From positions 72,430 through 136,429 of the forward strand of contig CANMNF010000002.1 in NCBI GenBank assembly GCA_947499255.1: a stretch of DNA of 64,000 nt, written 5' to 3'. Below the pieces are notes generated by a model. It saw nothing but the letters and a program-made list of their open reading frames with translations. It searched no databases and had not been told where the DNA came from. Position numbers and translations under genes: made by a program. Source of the DNA: an uncultured Sphingomonadaceae bacterium. Its GTDB lineage: Bacteria; Pseudomonadota; Alphaproteobacteria; Sphingomonadales; Sphingomonadaceae. The number at the start of each line of letters is the position of its first letter. The stretch's first letter is position 1. Positions 37,986 to 47,981 of this stretch are shown piece after piece.

Positions 37986-38732
37986 TCAATCCTCAAGCTT
38001 GTCCATAATCTCGTCCGAAATCTCATAATTGCCCCAGACGGTTTGCACATCGTCATCATCGTCCAGCGTATCGACCAGTTTGAGCAGCGTGCCGGCCGCC
38101 TTTTCATCCAGATCAACCGTGATGTTGGGCTTCCACGCCAGCTTTACACTGGCCGCCTCGCCCAATGCTTTTTCAAGATTGGTGGCAACTTCGTGCAAAT
38201 CATCGGACGCAGTCCAGATTTCGTGACCGTCCTCAGACGATTGGATATCTTCCGCACCCGCTTCTAACGCCGCTTCGAGCACGGCATCTTCATCGCCCGC
38301 TTCAGGCTTGTATTCAATGTAACCCAGCCGCTCAAACCCGTGTTGTACAGAGCCTTCGGTGCCCAGATTGCCGCCGTTTTTGGAGAACGCAGTGCGCACC
38401 GCGGTGGCTGTGCGATTGCGATTGTCGGTGAGCGTTTCAACGATGATCGCGCTGCCGCCGGGGCCATACCCTTCGTAGCGGACCTCTTCATAATTCTCAT
38501 CATCGCCCGCCGTCGCTTTATCAATGGCGCGCTGAATATTGTCCTTGGGCATGGATTGCCCCTTGGCCGTGTTCACCGCCAGCCGCAGGCGCGGGTTCAT
38601 ATCGGGATCGGGCGTGCCCATTTTGGCCGCCACGGTGATCTCACGTGAAAGCTTGGAAAAAAGGTTGGAGCGCTTTTTGTCCTGCGCACCTTTGCGGTGC
38701 ATAATGTTTTTGAATTTGGAATGGCCTGCCAT
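37986..38732 (-). CDS. YebC/PmpR family DNA-binding transcriptional regulator
   Basis: ATG at 38732. [22 protein letters not shown]... is the invariant family N-terminus. Confidence 0.93.
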   Translation of the reverse strand: MAGHSKFKNIMHRKGAQDKKRSNLFSKLSREITVAAKMGTPDPDMNPRLRLAVNTAKGQSMPKDNIQRAIDKATAGDDENYEEVRYEGYGPGGSAIIVETLTDNRNRTATAVRTAFSKNGGNLGTEGSVQHGFERLGYIEYKPEAGDEDAVLEAALEAGAEDIQSSEDGHEIWTASDDLHEVATNLEKALGEAASVKLAWKPNITVDLDEKAAGTLLKLVDTLDDDDDVQTVWGNYEISDEIMDKLED

Positions 38733-38807
38733 GGGAACTCTTGTTGTTCGGTTTTGAATGTCGGGAAGCTCTCTAGCCGCTCCTTGTCCGAGCGGCAATT
38801 GCCTGAC

Positions 38808-39491
38808 TTAATCGAAAACGTTGGCAGTCGCCTCCTGTTCTTCTGAGAGCTTCCGCGCGATTGCGAGGGCCAGGAGATAATAGAGCAGTCCAGTAGATGC
38901 GGTCACCAGCGTTTCCAAGAGCAGATGCCCGTATGTCACTGCAACGCCAGCACCGGGATTCATGATGAAGTGGAAGAGCTTTGGCACCATGGTCAACACA
39001 AATGGCCAGACGAACAGCGCAAGATTCTTTGTCCAGAATATCTTGAAAATCTGACCGAGCGACGGCCCCGCAAAAGGCGCGGCAAGCGACATCAGTTTCA
39101 CAAGGACGGGAAACAGGGTAAGAGCCCACACGGTACCGACGACCAACGCAATGGAACGCGCGAGCAATACTCCACCAAGATTGAGATGGAATTGGACGAG
39201 AAGGAAGGTCATGACCTGCAACGCAATCTGATATCCGATGAAAAGCCCGATCCAAAGCAGAACGGGCTTTTCCAAATCTGACCATCGGCAGCCAGCGATG
39301 CCTCGCGGCAAAAGCCAGAATACCGCGACCATCACCAAGATCGGGATTGCTGCGATCAAGAAAACTTCAAGAGCGCCGAGGGAACCGGGTTGTGCAGAAA
39401 GCAAAAAATATTGCGGAATACGGGATAAGCACAGCAAGAGAAATGCAAGCATCGATTGCCAGCGCCACAGTAGGCCGAATGCTTCCTTCAT
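38808..39491 (-). CDS. integral membrane protein, unknown family, lower GC than neighbours
   Basis: ATG at 39491 (GTG at 39494). About 6 TM segments. Codon and GC usage visibly different from the flanking core genes. Confidence 0.6.
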   Translation of the reverse strand: MKEAFGLLWRWQSMLAFLLLCLSRIPQYFLLSAQPGSLGALEVFLIAAIPILVMVAVFWLLPRGIAGCRWSDLEKPVLLWIGLFIGYQIALQVMTFLLVQFHLNLGGVLLARSIALVVGTVWALTLFPVLVKLMSLAAPFAGPSLGQIFKIFWTKNLALFVWPFVLTMVPKLFHFIMNPGAGVAVTYGHLLLETLVTASTGLLYYLLALAIARKLSEEQEATANVFD

Positions 39492-39598
39492 CACAATGAC
39501 TGTCTCCTGCTCGGGCGAATTTCCTTATTAGGCCTTCATAGACCCACGCGAGCGATGCATATGCGGGTAGTTGAACTTGCAAGCAAGAGGACGCAGTA

Positions 39599-39967
39599 AT
39601 GCTCAAAGGTCTCGACCACTTCAATATCAGCACCTCTAATATGACCGCAACGCTGACCTTCTTCGAGGACATGTTCGGCATGACCGCCAAGCCTGCACCA
39701 GGGCAGGACGGCGCGCGCAATAGCTGGATCTATGACGGCGAGGGCCGCGCGCTGGTCCATGTCAATTTGCGCGAGGCTTCGGGCGATGATGGACCGATCC
39801 ATCACGTCGCCTTTGCCTGTGAGGGCTATGACGCTGTTCGCGAACGCCTTGTGACAGCAGGTCACGCAATCACAGAGTATGATAACCGCAAGACCAACGG
39901 CGCGCGGCAGATTTTTGTAAGCAGCCCCGAAGGCGCGCTGATTGAGCTGAATTTTCGCGGGGGTTAG
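39599..39967 (+). CDS. VOC (glyoxalase/bleomycin resistance/dioxygenase) family protein
   Basis: MLKGLDHFNISTSNM...HHVAFAC...ELNF has the typical VOC metal-ligand positions. Confidence 0.8.
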   Translation: MLKGLDHFNISTSNMTATLTFFEDMFGMTAKPAPGQDGARNSWIYDGEGRALVHVNLREASGDDGPIHHVAFACEGYDAVRERLVTAGHAITEYDNRKTNGARQIFVSSPEGALIELNFRGG

Positions 39968-40041
39968 TGTTGGCGCAAGGCCAGTCACTTCAGGCCAGTC
40001 ACTTCAGGCCCATCACCCACAAGCCTCTCACCCCAAGCCTA

Positions 40042-40278
40042 TCACCCCAGCCCAAGCGCAGCTTTATATGTATCGAGCACCATTTCCATTTCGCTGCGAT
40101 CATCGGGCTTCATTTTGCGCAGACGCACGATCTGGCGCATGATTTTGGGATCATAGCCGACCGCTTTGGCTTCGGCGTAAACATCGCGAATATCATCCGC
40201 GATACCTTTCTTTTCTTCTTCGAGACGTTCGATACGTTCGATCAACAGGCGCAGGCGGTCATCAGTGGCTTCGGCCAT
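40042..40278 (-). CDS. DUF2312 (UPF0335; GapR-like nucleoid-associated) protein
   Basis: ATG at 40278. [49 protein letters not shown] is nearly the invariant DUF2312 core. Confidence 0.9.
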   Translation of the reverse strand: MAEATDDRLRLLIERIERLEEEKKGIADDIRDVYAEAKAVGYDPKIMRQIVRLRKMKPDDRSEMEMVLDTYKAALGLG

Positions 40279-40366
40279 TTGGGGCTCCAATGGTTTTGAG
40301 AATCAGTTGAGCGCCGCGATAGCCAGCGATGCGCGCCGGGTGAAGACCAGCTGACACATTCTGCGA

Positions 40367-40678
40367 TTATTCCTGTGCGTTCTTCGCAATACTGGCCTGC
40401 ATCGCCGCGATTTGCGCGTCTGTTGCCGGGCTTTGCCGTGTGGCTTTCCACTCTTCCATCGCCATGCCATGGATCACTTCGCGCGCAGCAGCTTTGTCGC
40501 CATCAAATCCGGCATCGCGGATCCAATCCGCCAGACAATTGCGGCAAAACCCTGCAAGGCCCATCAGCTCAATATTTTGCGCATCGTGGCGGTGTTGCAA
40601 ATGGCGCACAAGGCGGCGAAAAGCGTCAGCTGCAACCTTATCATCAAGCGCTTCGAGCGGATCTGTATTCTCAACCAT
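40367..40678 (-). CDS. DUF1244 domain protein
   Basis: ATG at 40678. AFRRLVRHLQHRHDAQNIELMGLAGFCRNCLADW is the DUF1244 signature. Confidence 0.85.
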   Translation of the reverse strand: MVENTDPLEALDDKVAADAFRRLVRHLQHRHDAQNIELMGLAGFCRNCLADWIRDAGFDGDKAAAREVIHGMAMEEWKATRQSPATDAQIAAMQASIAKNAQE

Positions 40679-40761
40679 GTAATCTATCCTTGTTTTGCCC
40701 TTGCACCGTGCCATAGGCTCGAAAAAACGGGAACGTGTCCAATATCCGGGGTTTGCCACGC

Positions 40762-42216
40762 ATGTCTAAACTTGAACCACGCCGCCGCAAGGTAAAGATC
40801 CTCGCCACGACCGGTCCGGCCTGCACCGATCCAGAAATTTTGCGCGATTTGTTTTTGGCCGGCGCGGACGCCTTCCGCGTGAATATGAGCCATGGCGAGC
40901 ATTCTGTACACGCCACCACCATCGCCGCCATTCGCGCGCTGGAAGAAGAATTTCAGCGGCCCATTTCCATTCTGGCCGATTTGCAGGGGCCAAAGCTGCG
41001 TGTGGGCGCATTTGCCGATGGCCGTGCCACGATCCCGCATGGCGGCGCGTTCACACTGGATTCCGATGATACGCCAGGCGATGCAACGCGCGTGCAATTG
41101 CCGCATCCCGAAATCCTCAGCGTTGTCGAAGAAGGTCAGCGCCTGTTGATCAATGACGGCAAAATCCGCCTGCGCATCAAGAAAATCGATGGCGACAAAG
41201 TGCACTGCGTTGCCGAAGTTGGCGGCGTGATTTCGGATCGCAAAGGCGTAAACGTGCCCGATGCTGAAATCCCCATCCCTGCGTTAACCGAAAAAGACCG
41301 GCGCGATCTGGCTTTTGCCGTGGATCAGGGCGTGGATTGGATTGGCCTGTCTTTCGTGCAGCGGCCCGATGATCTGGCCGAAGCGCGCAAGCTTATGGGT
41401 GGCCACGGCGCGTTGATCGCCAAGATTGAAAAGCCACAAGCGATCAAGCGCCTTGATGAGATTATTGAGCTGTCCGATGGCATTATGGTCGCGCGCGGCG
41501 ATCTGGGTGTAGAATTGAACCCGGAAGAAGTGCCGCCGCTGCAAAAGAAGATCGTCAATGCGACGCGGTTGACCGGCAAGCCGGTGATCGTGGCCACTCA
41601 AATGCTGGAAAGCATGATCGAAAGCCCCGCGCCAACGCGCGCAGAAGTTTCTGACGTTGCGAACGCGGTTTATGATGGCGCAGATGCCGTGATGCTCAGC
41701 GCAGAGACGGCCGCTGGCGATTGGCCGGAAGAAGCGGTGATGATGATGGATTCCATCGCTCGGCAAGTTGAACGCGATGAATTGTACCGCACGCGCGTGC
41801 GCCTGCTTGATACACCGCCTGATCCCACCACTGCCGATGCGCTGGCCAATGCGTGTATGCGTATTGCCGATACGGTGAACCTCAATGCGATTGCTGTGTT
41901 TACCAGCTCTGGTTCTTCGGCCCGCCGTGTGGCGCGTGAACGCCCTGCTGTGCCGGTCATGGTGATGACGCCAACAATGACAACGGCGCGCCGTGTTGCT
42001 TTGTTGTGGGGCGCGCATCCTGTGTCCACAAAGGATATTGGCAGCTTTGAAGAGATGGTTGGCAAAGGCAAACGTATGGCGCTGCGCCATGGCTTTGGTG
42101 GAACCGGATCGCGCATTGCCATTCTGGCTGGCGTGCCATTTGGACAGGCGGGTGCGACCAATCTTGTGCATGTCGTCACGCTCTCCGGGGATGAGCTGGA
42201 CGATCACGCAGACTAA
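40762..42216 (+). CDS. pyk: pyruvate kinase
   Basis: ATG at 40762. KILATTGPA...FRVNMSHG...MVARGDLGVE...ATQMLESM motifs. Confidence 0.95.
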   Translation: MSKLEPRRRKVKILATTGPACTDPEILRDLFLAGADAFRVNMSHGEHSVHATTIAAIRALEEEFQRPISILADLQGPKLRVGAFADGRATIPHGGAFTLDSDDTPGDATRVQLPHPEILSVVEEGQRLLINDGKIRLRIKKIDGDKVHCVAEVGGVISDRKGVNVPDAEIPIPALTEKDRRDLAFAVDQGVDWIGLSFVQRPDDLAEARKLMGGHGALIAKIEKPQAIKRLDEIIELSDGIMVARGDLGVELNPEEVPPLQKKIVNATRLTGKPVIVATQMLESMIESPAPTRAEVSDVANAVYDGADAVMLSAETAAGDWPEEAVMMMDSIARQVERDELYRTRVRLLDTPPDPTTADALANACMRIADTVNLNAIAVFTSSGSSARRVARERPAVPVMVMTPTMTTARRVALLWGAHPVSTKDIGSFEEMVGKGKRMALRHGFGGTGSRIAILAGVPFGQAGATNLVHVVTLSGDELDDHAD

Positions 42217-42248
42217 CGCGTCTTGAGAGGCGTGGAACTGAGCAAGAT

Positions 42249-43082
42249 ATGTCTGATACGCCTGTACCTATATTCGTGATCAATCTCGCTTGTGCACCGC
42301 AGCGGCGGGCATGGATGACACAGCAATTGGCAGACCATGGGTTTTTACCCGAGTTTGTCACCGCAATTGATGGCCGTAAACTGGATGCACAGACACAGGA
42401 TTTCTGGCAATCCGATCCTTTGCGCGCGAAGCTCAGTCCTGGCGAAATCGGCTGTATGCTAAGCCATCGCAAAGTCTGGCAGCATATTGTTGATCAGCAA
42501 CTCGATCGCGCGATTGTGCTGGAAGATGATCTGGTGCTTGGGCCGAATTTTCGCAGCGTAGCGCATAAGTTGAACATCGCGCTCAACGCGCTGGGTCTTG
42601 TTCGGCTGGAAGGAGACAGGCGCACAGTTGTATTGCAACGCGATGCAACAGACCGTGTGGATGCGCATGGATGCCATCTGCTACGGCGCGATCGACCTAT
42701 TGGTTGCGGCGCCTATGCGGTGTCCAATCGCACTGCCCGAAAAATGCTCGAGGCAGCACCGCGTTTTCGTGAACCGGTTGATGCAGAATTGTTCGCCGCC
42801 AAGCGTTCGAGCATGGCGGATCTGCCAACATATCAACTGGTCCCAGCCATAGGCACACAAGCGAATTTTGTGCCGCAATTGCTCGCCGAAAAGCCATTTC
42901 TGGCAAGCTCTATCGCGGCGATGGGGGAGCGCGTTGATGACGCACTTGGCATCCACAAACCGCGCAAGAACAGCCACCTGCAATCGCTTCGCCCGATCTA
43001 CCGGCTGATGCGCAACATCGCGCTGGCACCGCGCGGATGGCGCTTGATGGACCTTGATACAATTGCGCGAGAATTGCGCTGA
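42249..43082 (+). CDS. glycosyltransferase family 25 (LPS/LOS beta-1,4-galactosyltransferase-like)
   Basis: IFVINLACAPQRRAWM...GEIGCMLSHRKVWQ...IVLEDD are GT25 motifs. GC visibly lower. Abuts the 3' end of tRNA-Gly. Confidence 0.82.
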   Translation: MSDTPVPIFVINLACAPQRRAWMTQQLADHGFLPEFVTAIDGRKLDAQTQDFWQSDPLRAKLSPGEIGCMLSHRKVWQHIVDQQLDRAIVLEDDLVLGPNFRSVAHKLNIALNALGLVRLEGDRRTVVLQRDATDRVDAHGCHLLRRDRPIGCGAYAVSNRTARKMLEAAPRFREPVDAELFAAKRSSMADLPTYQLVPAIGTQANFVPQLLAEKPFLASSIAAMGERVDDALGIHKPRKNSHLQSLRPIYRLMRNIALAPRGWRLMDLDTIARELR

Positions 43083-43122
43083 TCAGCAGCGGATCCGTAT
43101 CGGATTGGCGGTGATTGCAGCT

Positions 43123-43195
43123 GGAGCGGTGAAGGGAATCGAACCCTCGTCGTCAGCTTGGGAAGCTGCTGCTCTGCCATTGAGCTACACCCGCG
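43123..43195 (-). tRNA. tRNA-Gly (anticodon CCC), with an apparent 1-nt deficit in the 3' acceptor strand
   Basis: Reverse complement GCGGGTG-TA-GCTC-AATGGCA-GAGC-A-GCAGC-TTCCCAA-GCTGA-CGAC-GAGGG-TTCGATT-CCCTT-CACCGC-T-CCA. Full cloverleaf, but the 3' acceptor reads CACCGC where CACCCGC is needed. Confidence 0.8.
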
Positions 43196-43432
43196 TGTGG
43201 TTCGGCGCGTCATAGACACCAGGATTGTGAAACCGTCAACTCAGCCCTGATCGACGAGAGGGTCATACGTGGTATTCCCCTCTCGAACCAAAAATGCCTT
43301 GTGATGCTCGGCCTCGCGCGAAATGTTTGCAACCATCTGGAACGCAACACAGCGATCATATGCAGCGACAGCGGACGCCGCGCGGGCATAGGCGCACGGA
43401 GTGGTTCATCACCCTCGCCAACGCCGCGCGGT

Positions 43433-44869
43433 TTAATCCTTGCCCAAAAACCCCATCACCTTCTCAACCGTTTTGCCATAAGGTGGGTAGAAGATTTTGA
43501 TCGCGGTCCAATTGCCGATGCCGCGCTGCTGAAAAATCGGTTTGAGATGGCTGAACGTGTCAAAGCCTTCCGGCCCGTGATACCGGCCCATCCCGCTGGG
43601 CCCCACCCCGCCAAAAGGCAGGTCAGCCTGCGCGTAATGCAGCAGCACGTCATTGATCGTCACCCCGCCTGCATGGGTGCCGCGCAGCACATGGTCGCGC
43701 GTTTGGCTATCATTGGTGAACAGATAAAAGCCCAACGGCCGCTCGCCTGCATTGATGCTTTCCATCGCGGTATCCAGCGCATCATAGCTGCGCACCAAAA
43801 GCAGCGGTCCAAAGATCTCCTCCTGGCAAATCCGTGCATCGGGCGCTGGATCAATCACCAAGGTGAGCGGATATTTGCCCTCCCGTTGTAATGCGGAACG
43901 GTCACCGACTTCCTGGATTCTCGCGCCATGCGCGCGCGCATCTTCCACCAGTTCCGCCATCCGCTGCGCTGCGCTGGCATTGATCATCGCGGTGTAGCTT
44001 TGCGACGTGCCGCTTTCATGCCGCTGTGCAAAAAACGCCGCGACGCCATCTGTAAACACCGTCAGCCCATCGCGCGGCACATAGGCGACATCGGGCGCAA
44101 GGCAGGTCTGCCCGGCATTGTAACATTTGCCCCAAGCCACGCGTTCTGCCGCTTCGCCGACATCATAATCGGGCGCGACCAGCACCGGGCTTTTCCCGCC
44201 CAATTCCAAAGTAACAGGCGTCAAATTGGCCGCAGCTGCCGCCATCACTTTGCGCCCGACATTGGTCGAGCCGGTGAAGATCAAATGATCGAAGGCAAGC
44301 TGCGAAAATTCCTCTGCAAAATCGGCCTCTCCCCCAAACACGTCCACTTCTTCAGGCGCAAAACGTGCCGCAATCAGTTCAGCAAACAAGGCGGTGGTGC
44401 GCGGGGTGTTTTCCGACATGCGCACCAGCGCGCGATTGCCTGCTGCCAAAGCAAAGGCGAGCGGGCCAGCCGCCAAATTCACCGGATAATTCCACGGCGC
44501 CATAATCCCCACCACACCAAGCGGCTGCGGCAGCAATCGGCCAGAGCCGGGGCGAAAAGTGAGCGCTGTCTTGCGGCGGCGCGGCTTCATCCAGCCACGC
44601 ACATTCTTCACGCAATATTCAACGCTTTCCAGCGAGGAAAAGACATCCGCCATCAGCGATTCCACCCGCGCCCGGTGCCCGAAATCCTGCGCAATAGTGG
44701 ACGCGATCCGCCCCTGCTCGCTCGTCAACAAATCACCAAGCCGCGCGAGCCTGTCTTTGCGCGTTGCCAGATCGGGAAATGGCTCTTGCGCAAAAGCTTC
44801 ACGCTGGCGCGCAAAAGCGGCTTTGAGAGCTTCGCTTTGCGCCAGTTGCGGATTTGCCGGTGATGTCAT
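43433..44869 (-). CDS. NAD(P)-dependent aldehyde dehydrogenase (coniferyl-aldehyde dehydrogenase-like)
   Basis: ORF 43433..44887 (GTG); ATG at 44869. FTGSTNVGRKV, ELGGKSP and EEIFGPLL catalytic motifs. Confidence 0.9.
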   Translation of the reverse strand: MTSPANPQLAQSEALKAAFARQREAFAQEPFPDLATRKDRLARLGDLLTSEQGRIASTIAQDFGHRARVESLMADVFSSLESVEYCVKNVRGWMKPRRRKTALTFRPGSGRLLPQPLGVVGIMAPWNYPVNLAAGPLAFALAAGNRALVRMSENTPRTTALFAELIAARFAPEEVDVFGGEADFAEEFSQLAFDHLIFTGSTNVGRKVMAAAAANLTPVTLELGGKSPVLVAPDYDVGEAAERVAWGKCYNAGQTCLAPDVAYVPRDGLTVFTDGVAAFFAQRHESGTSQSYTAMINASAAQRMAELVEDARAHGARIQEVGDRSALQREGKYPLTLVIDPAPDARICQEEIFGPLLLVRSYDALDTAMESINAGERPLGFYLFTNDSQTRDHVLRGTHAGGVTINDVLLHYAQADLPFGGVGPSGMGRYHGPEGFDTFSHLKPIFQQRGIGNWTAIKIFYPPYGKTVEKVMGFLGKD

Positions 44870-44890
44870 CGTGCTATCAGAGGCCACGCA

Positions 44891-45898
44891 TTAGCCCGCT
44901 ACTGTCAGAACCGTCTTGCCAATTGCGGTGCCGCTTTCCTGGTGGCGATGCGCAGCGATCATGTTCTCGACTGTCATCGTGCCACCATCTTTGTTCATCG
45001 TGGTCACCAATTTGTCCGCGTCCAGCAAAGCGCTCACTTTCGCCAAGATCTCGCCCTGCACCGCCATATCGTCAGTACCGAAAAGTGCGCGGCAGAACAT
45101 GGCTTCCCATGCAAAAGTAATCGATTTGGGCTTGCCAGCTTTGAAATCGAACTCGGCAGGATCATCGATCACGCCCACCATCCCGCGCGGTTTGATAAGG
45201 TCAATGATTGCGGAGAAATGCTCATCGGTCTGCGTGAGAGCGGCAACATATTTGGGTGCAATCCCCAGCTTGGTCATTTCCTCGTTCAGGGGATTGCGGT
45301 GATTGATCACATGATCCGCTCCCATCTTTTCCACCCATGCGACAGTTTCGGGCCGCGAAGCTGTGCCAATGACGGTAAGACAGGTGAGCGCTTTGGCCAG
45401 CTGGATCATGATCGAACCAACACCCCCTGCCCCGCCAATAACCAGCAAAGCCTCGCCAACACCGCCGCCCTGTTTAAGGTGGAAGCAATCAAATAGCATC
45501 TCCCACGCCGTCAACGCTGTTAGCGGTATGGCGGCCGCTTCTTGATGCGAGAGGTTGGCGGGTTTCTTTGCCACCAGCCGTTCATCCACGCATTGGAAAG
45601 GCGCATTGCTGCCCGGGCGCAGCAGAGCACCGGCGTAAAACACCTCATCGCCTTCAGCAAAATCGCTGACCTCGCTGCCTAGGCCAACCACAATTCCGCT
45701 GGCATCCCAGCCAAGAATGCGCGGACCATCTTCTGGCGGGGCATTTGTGCGCACTTTGGTATCGATCGGATTGACCGAAATCGCCTTTATCTCAACCAGC
45801 ACATCGCGCGGGCCGGGTTCGGGCTTTTCCGCTTCAAAAGCGATCAGGGCGTTTTCGGCATCGATCGGGCCGGGGGCGGTATATCCAATGGCTTGCAC
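44891..45898 (-). CDS. zinc-binding alcohol dehydrogenase family / quinone oxidoreductase-like protein
   Basis: GTG start with an AAGGA RBS. VLVEIKAISVNPIDTKVR and the GGAGGVGS Rossmann motif. Confidence 0.88.
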   Translation of the reverse strand: MQAIGYTAPGPIDAENALIAFEAEKPEPGPRDVLVEIKAISVNPIDTKVRTNAPPEDGPRILGWDASGIVVGLGSEVSDFAEGDEVFYAGALLRPGSNAPFQCVDERLVAKKPANLSHQEAAAIPLTALTAWEMLFDCFHLKQGGGVGEALLVIGGAGGVGSIMIQLAKALTCLTVIGTASRPETVAWVEKMGADHVINHRNPLNEEMTKLGIAPKYVAALTQTDEHFSAIIDLIKPRGMVGVIDDPAEFDFKAGKPKSITFAWEAMFCRALFGTDDMAVQGEILAKVSALLDADKLVTTMNKDGGTMTVENMIAAHRHQESGTAIGKTVLTVAG

Positions 45899-46036
45899 GG
45901 TAATGTCCTTTGCTTGCGGCGCAACTTCAAAAATCTATTCGAGAACATATGGACTTGCTGCAAGGTTCCAACAATGCCCGCTTGCGCTGCCCCCTAATCG
46001 GTCATTACCAAGCGTTTGAGAAGAGGATTGATTTGC

Positions 46037-47962
46037 ATGACCGATTTTGTCGCCCGTCCTGAAAACCAAAGGCCAAGCCATTGCTCGGCTGAAGATTACG
46101 ATGCGATGTATCGCCGTTCCGTTGAAGATAGCGACGCCTTCTGGCTGGAACAAGCACAGCGGCTGGACTGGTTTACACAGCCTGCCAAAGCGGGCGCGTG
46201 GTCGTTTGATCCGGTGGAGATAACATGGTTTGCCGATGGCGCGGTGAACCTGTGCCACAATGCGGTGGACCGCCATCTGGCGGCGCGCGGTGATGCAACC
46301 GCGCTGATATTCGAACCCGATGATCCTGCCACTCCTTCACGCACGCTGACCTATCGCGATTTGCATGGCGAAGTGGTGCGCATGGCCAATGCGCTGAAAG
46401 CCCTTGGCGTGACCAAAGGCGCGCGCGTTACGATTTACATGCCGATGATCATCGAAGGCGTTACCGCGATACTCGCCTGTGCGCGGCTGGGCGCGGTGCA
46501 TTCGGTGGTGTTTGGCGGTTTTTCACCAGAGGCGCTGGGTGGCCGGATTACAGATTGCGACAGCCGCTTTGTCATCACTGCGGATGAAGGGTTGCGCGGT
46601 GCCAAAACGATCCCGCTCAAAGCCAATGTTGATGCCGCGCTCGCGTTGGATGGTGTTGAAGTAGATGGCGTGCTGGTCGTCCGGCATACGGGCACCGATA
46701 TTCCCATGGTGGCAAATCGTGATCACTGGTTCCATGATTTGGCCAACTTGGCAGATTGCCCGTGCGAAGTGATGGCGGCAGAAGATCCGCTGTTCATCCT
46801 CTACACCTCCGGCTCCACCGGAAAGCCCAAAGGCGTGCTGCACACAACCGGCGGATATGGCGTTTGGGCCGCGACCACTTTCACCTATGTTTTCGATTAT
46901 CAGCCCGGCGAAATTTACTGGTGCACCGCCGATATCGGCTGGGTCACCGGGCATTCTTATATCGTTTACGGCCCGCTTTTGTCCGGTGCGACCAGCGTGG
47001 TTTTCGAAGGCGTGCCCAATTATCCTGACCATGGCCGCTTTTGGGATGTGGTGGACAAGCATGGCGTGAACATCTTCTACACCGCCCCCACCGCGATCCG
47101 CGCGCTGATGCGCGAAGGCGATGGCCCTGTGAAAAGCCGCGATAGATCAAGCTTGCGCCTTTTGGGCAGTGTGGGCGAACCGATCAATCCCGAAGCATGG
47201 CGCTGGTATCACGAATGCGTGGGCGATGGCGGCTGCGCGGTGGTGGACACCTGGTGGCAGACAGAAACAGGCGGCATCATGATCACCACTCTGCCCGCTG
47301 CACACGATATGAAACCGGGCAGCGCGGGCAAGCCGTTTTTCGGCATCAGGCCGCAACTGGTCGATCATGAAGGCGGCGTTCTGGACGGCGCGGCTGAGGG
47401 GAATTTGTGCATCACGCATAGCTGGCCCGGCCAGGCGCGCACCGTTTATGGCGATCACGAACGCTTCGTGCAGACCTATTTCAGCACCTATCCCGGCAAA
47501 TATTTTACAGGCGATGGGTGCCGGCGCGATGCGGACGAATATTACTGGATCACAGGCCGTGTTGATGATGTGATCAATGTGTCAGGACACCGCATGGGCA
47601 CCGCCGAAGTGGAAAGCGCACTGGTCCTGCATCCGCGCGTTTCGGAAGCTGCTGTTGTTGGCTATCCCCATGATATCAAAGGACAAGGCATTTATTGCTA
47701 CGTCACATTGAATGCAGGCGAAGAGGCATCCGATGATCTGCTCACGCAGCTGCGCCAATGGGTGCGCAAGGAAATCGGGCCGATTGCAACACCTGATCTC
47801 ATCCAGTTCACGTCCGGCCTACCCAAAACCCGCTCAGGCAAAATCATGCGCCGGATTTTGCGCAAGATTGCCGAGAATGATTACAGCGCTTTGGGCGATA
47901 TTTCGACGCTGGCTGATCCGTCACTGGTCGATGCGCTGATTGAAGGGCGGCAAAACCGCTAA
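46037..47962 (+). CDS. acs: acetyl-CoA synthetase
   Basis: ATG at 46037. [15 protein letters not shown]-binding motif. [20 protein letters not shown]-terminal [12 protein letters not shown]. Confidence 0.96.
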   Translation: MTDFVARPENQRPSHCSAEDYDAMYRRSVEDSDAFWLEQAQRLDWFTQPAKAGAWSFDPVEITWFADGAVNLCHNAVDRHLAARGDATALIFEPDDPATPSRTLTYRDLHGEVVRMANALKALGVTKGARVTIYMPMIIEGVTAILACARLGAVHSVVFGGFSPEALGGRITDCDSRFVITADEGLRGAKTIPLKANVDAALALDGVEVDGVLVVRHTGTDIPMVANRDHWFHDLANLADCPCEVMAAEDPLFILYTSGSTGKPKGVLHTTGGYGVWAATTFTYVFDYQPGEIYWCTADIGWVTGHSYIVYGPLLSGATSVVFEGVPNYPDHGRFWDVVDKHGVNIFYTAPTAIRALMREGDGPVKSRDRSSLRLLGSVGEPINPEAWRWYHECVGDGGCAVVDTWWQTETGGIMITTLPAAHDMKPGSAGKPFFGIRPQLVDHEGGVLDGAAEGNLCITHSWPGQARTVYGDHERFVQTYFSTYPGKYFTGDGCRRDADEYYWITGRVDDVINVSGHRMGTAEVESALVLHPRVSEAAVVGYPHDIKGQGIYCYVTLNAGEEASDDLLTQLRQWVRKEIGPIATPDLIQFTSGLPKTRSGKIMRRILRKIAENDYSALGDISTLADPSLVDALIEGRQNR

Positions 47963-47981
47963 TCCCCAAAAACTACGCTGA

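Noticed and set aside
41284-42207. 307-aa minus-strand ORF
   Set aside because: It is antisense to pyruvate kinase.
43240-43430. Minus-strand frame ending ...AAYDRCVAFQMVANISREAEHHKAFLVREGNTTYDPLVDQG between tRNA-Gly and the aldehyde dehydrogenase gene
   Set aside because: It reads protein-like, but it is open for only about 55 codons after a TGA, has no plausible start, and matches no family I recognise. It is possibly a gene remnant, with too little evidence to call.
43928-44863. 311-aa plus-strand ORF
   Set aside because: It is antisense to the aldehyde dehydrogenase gene.
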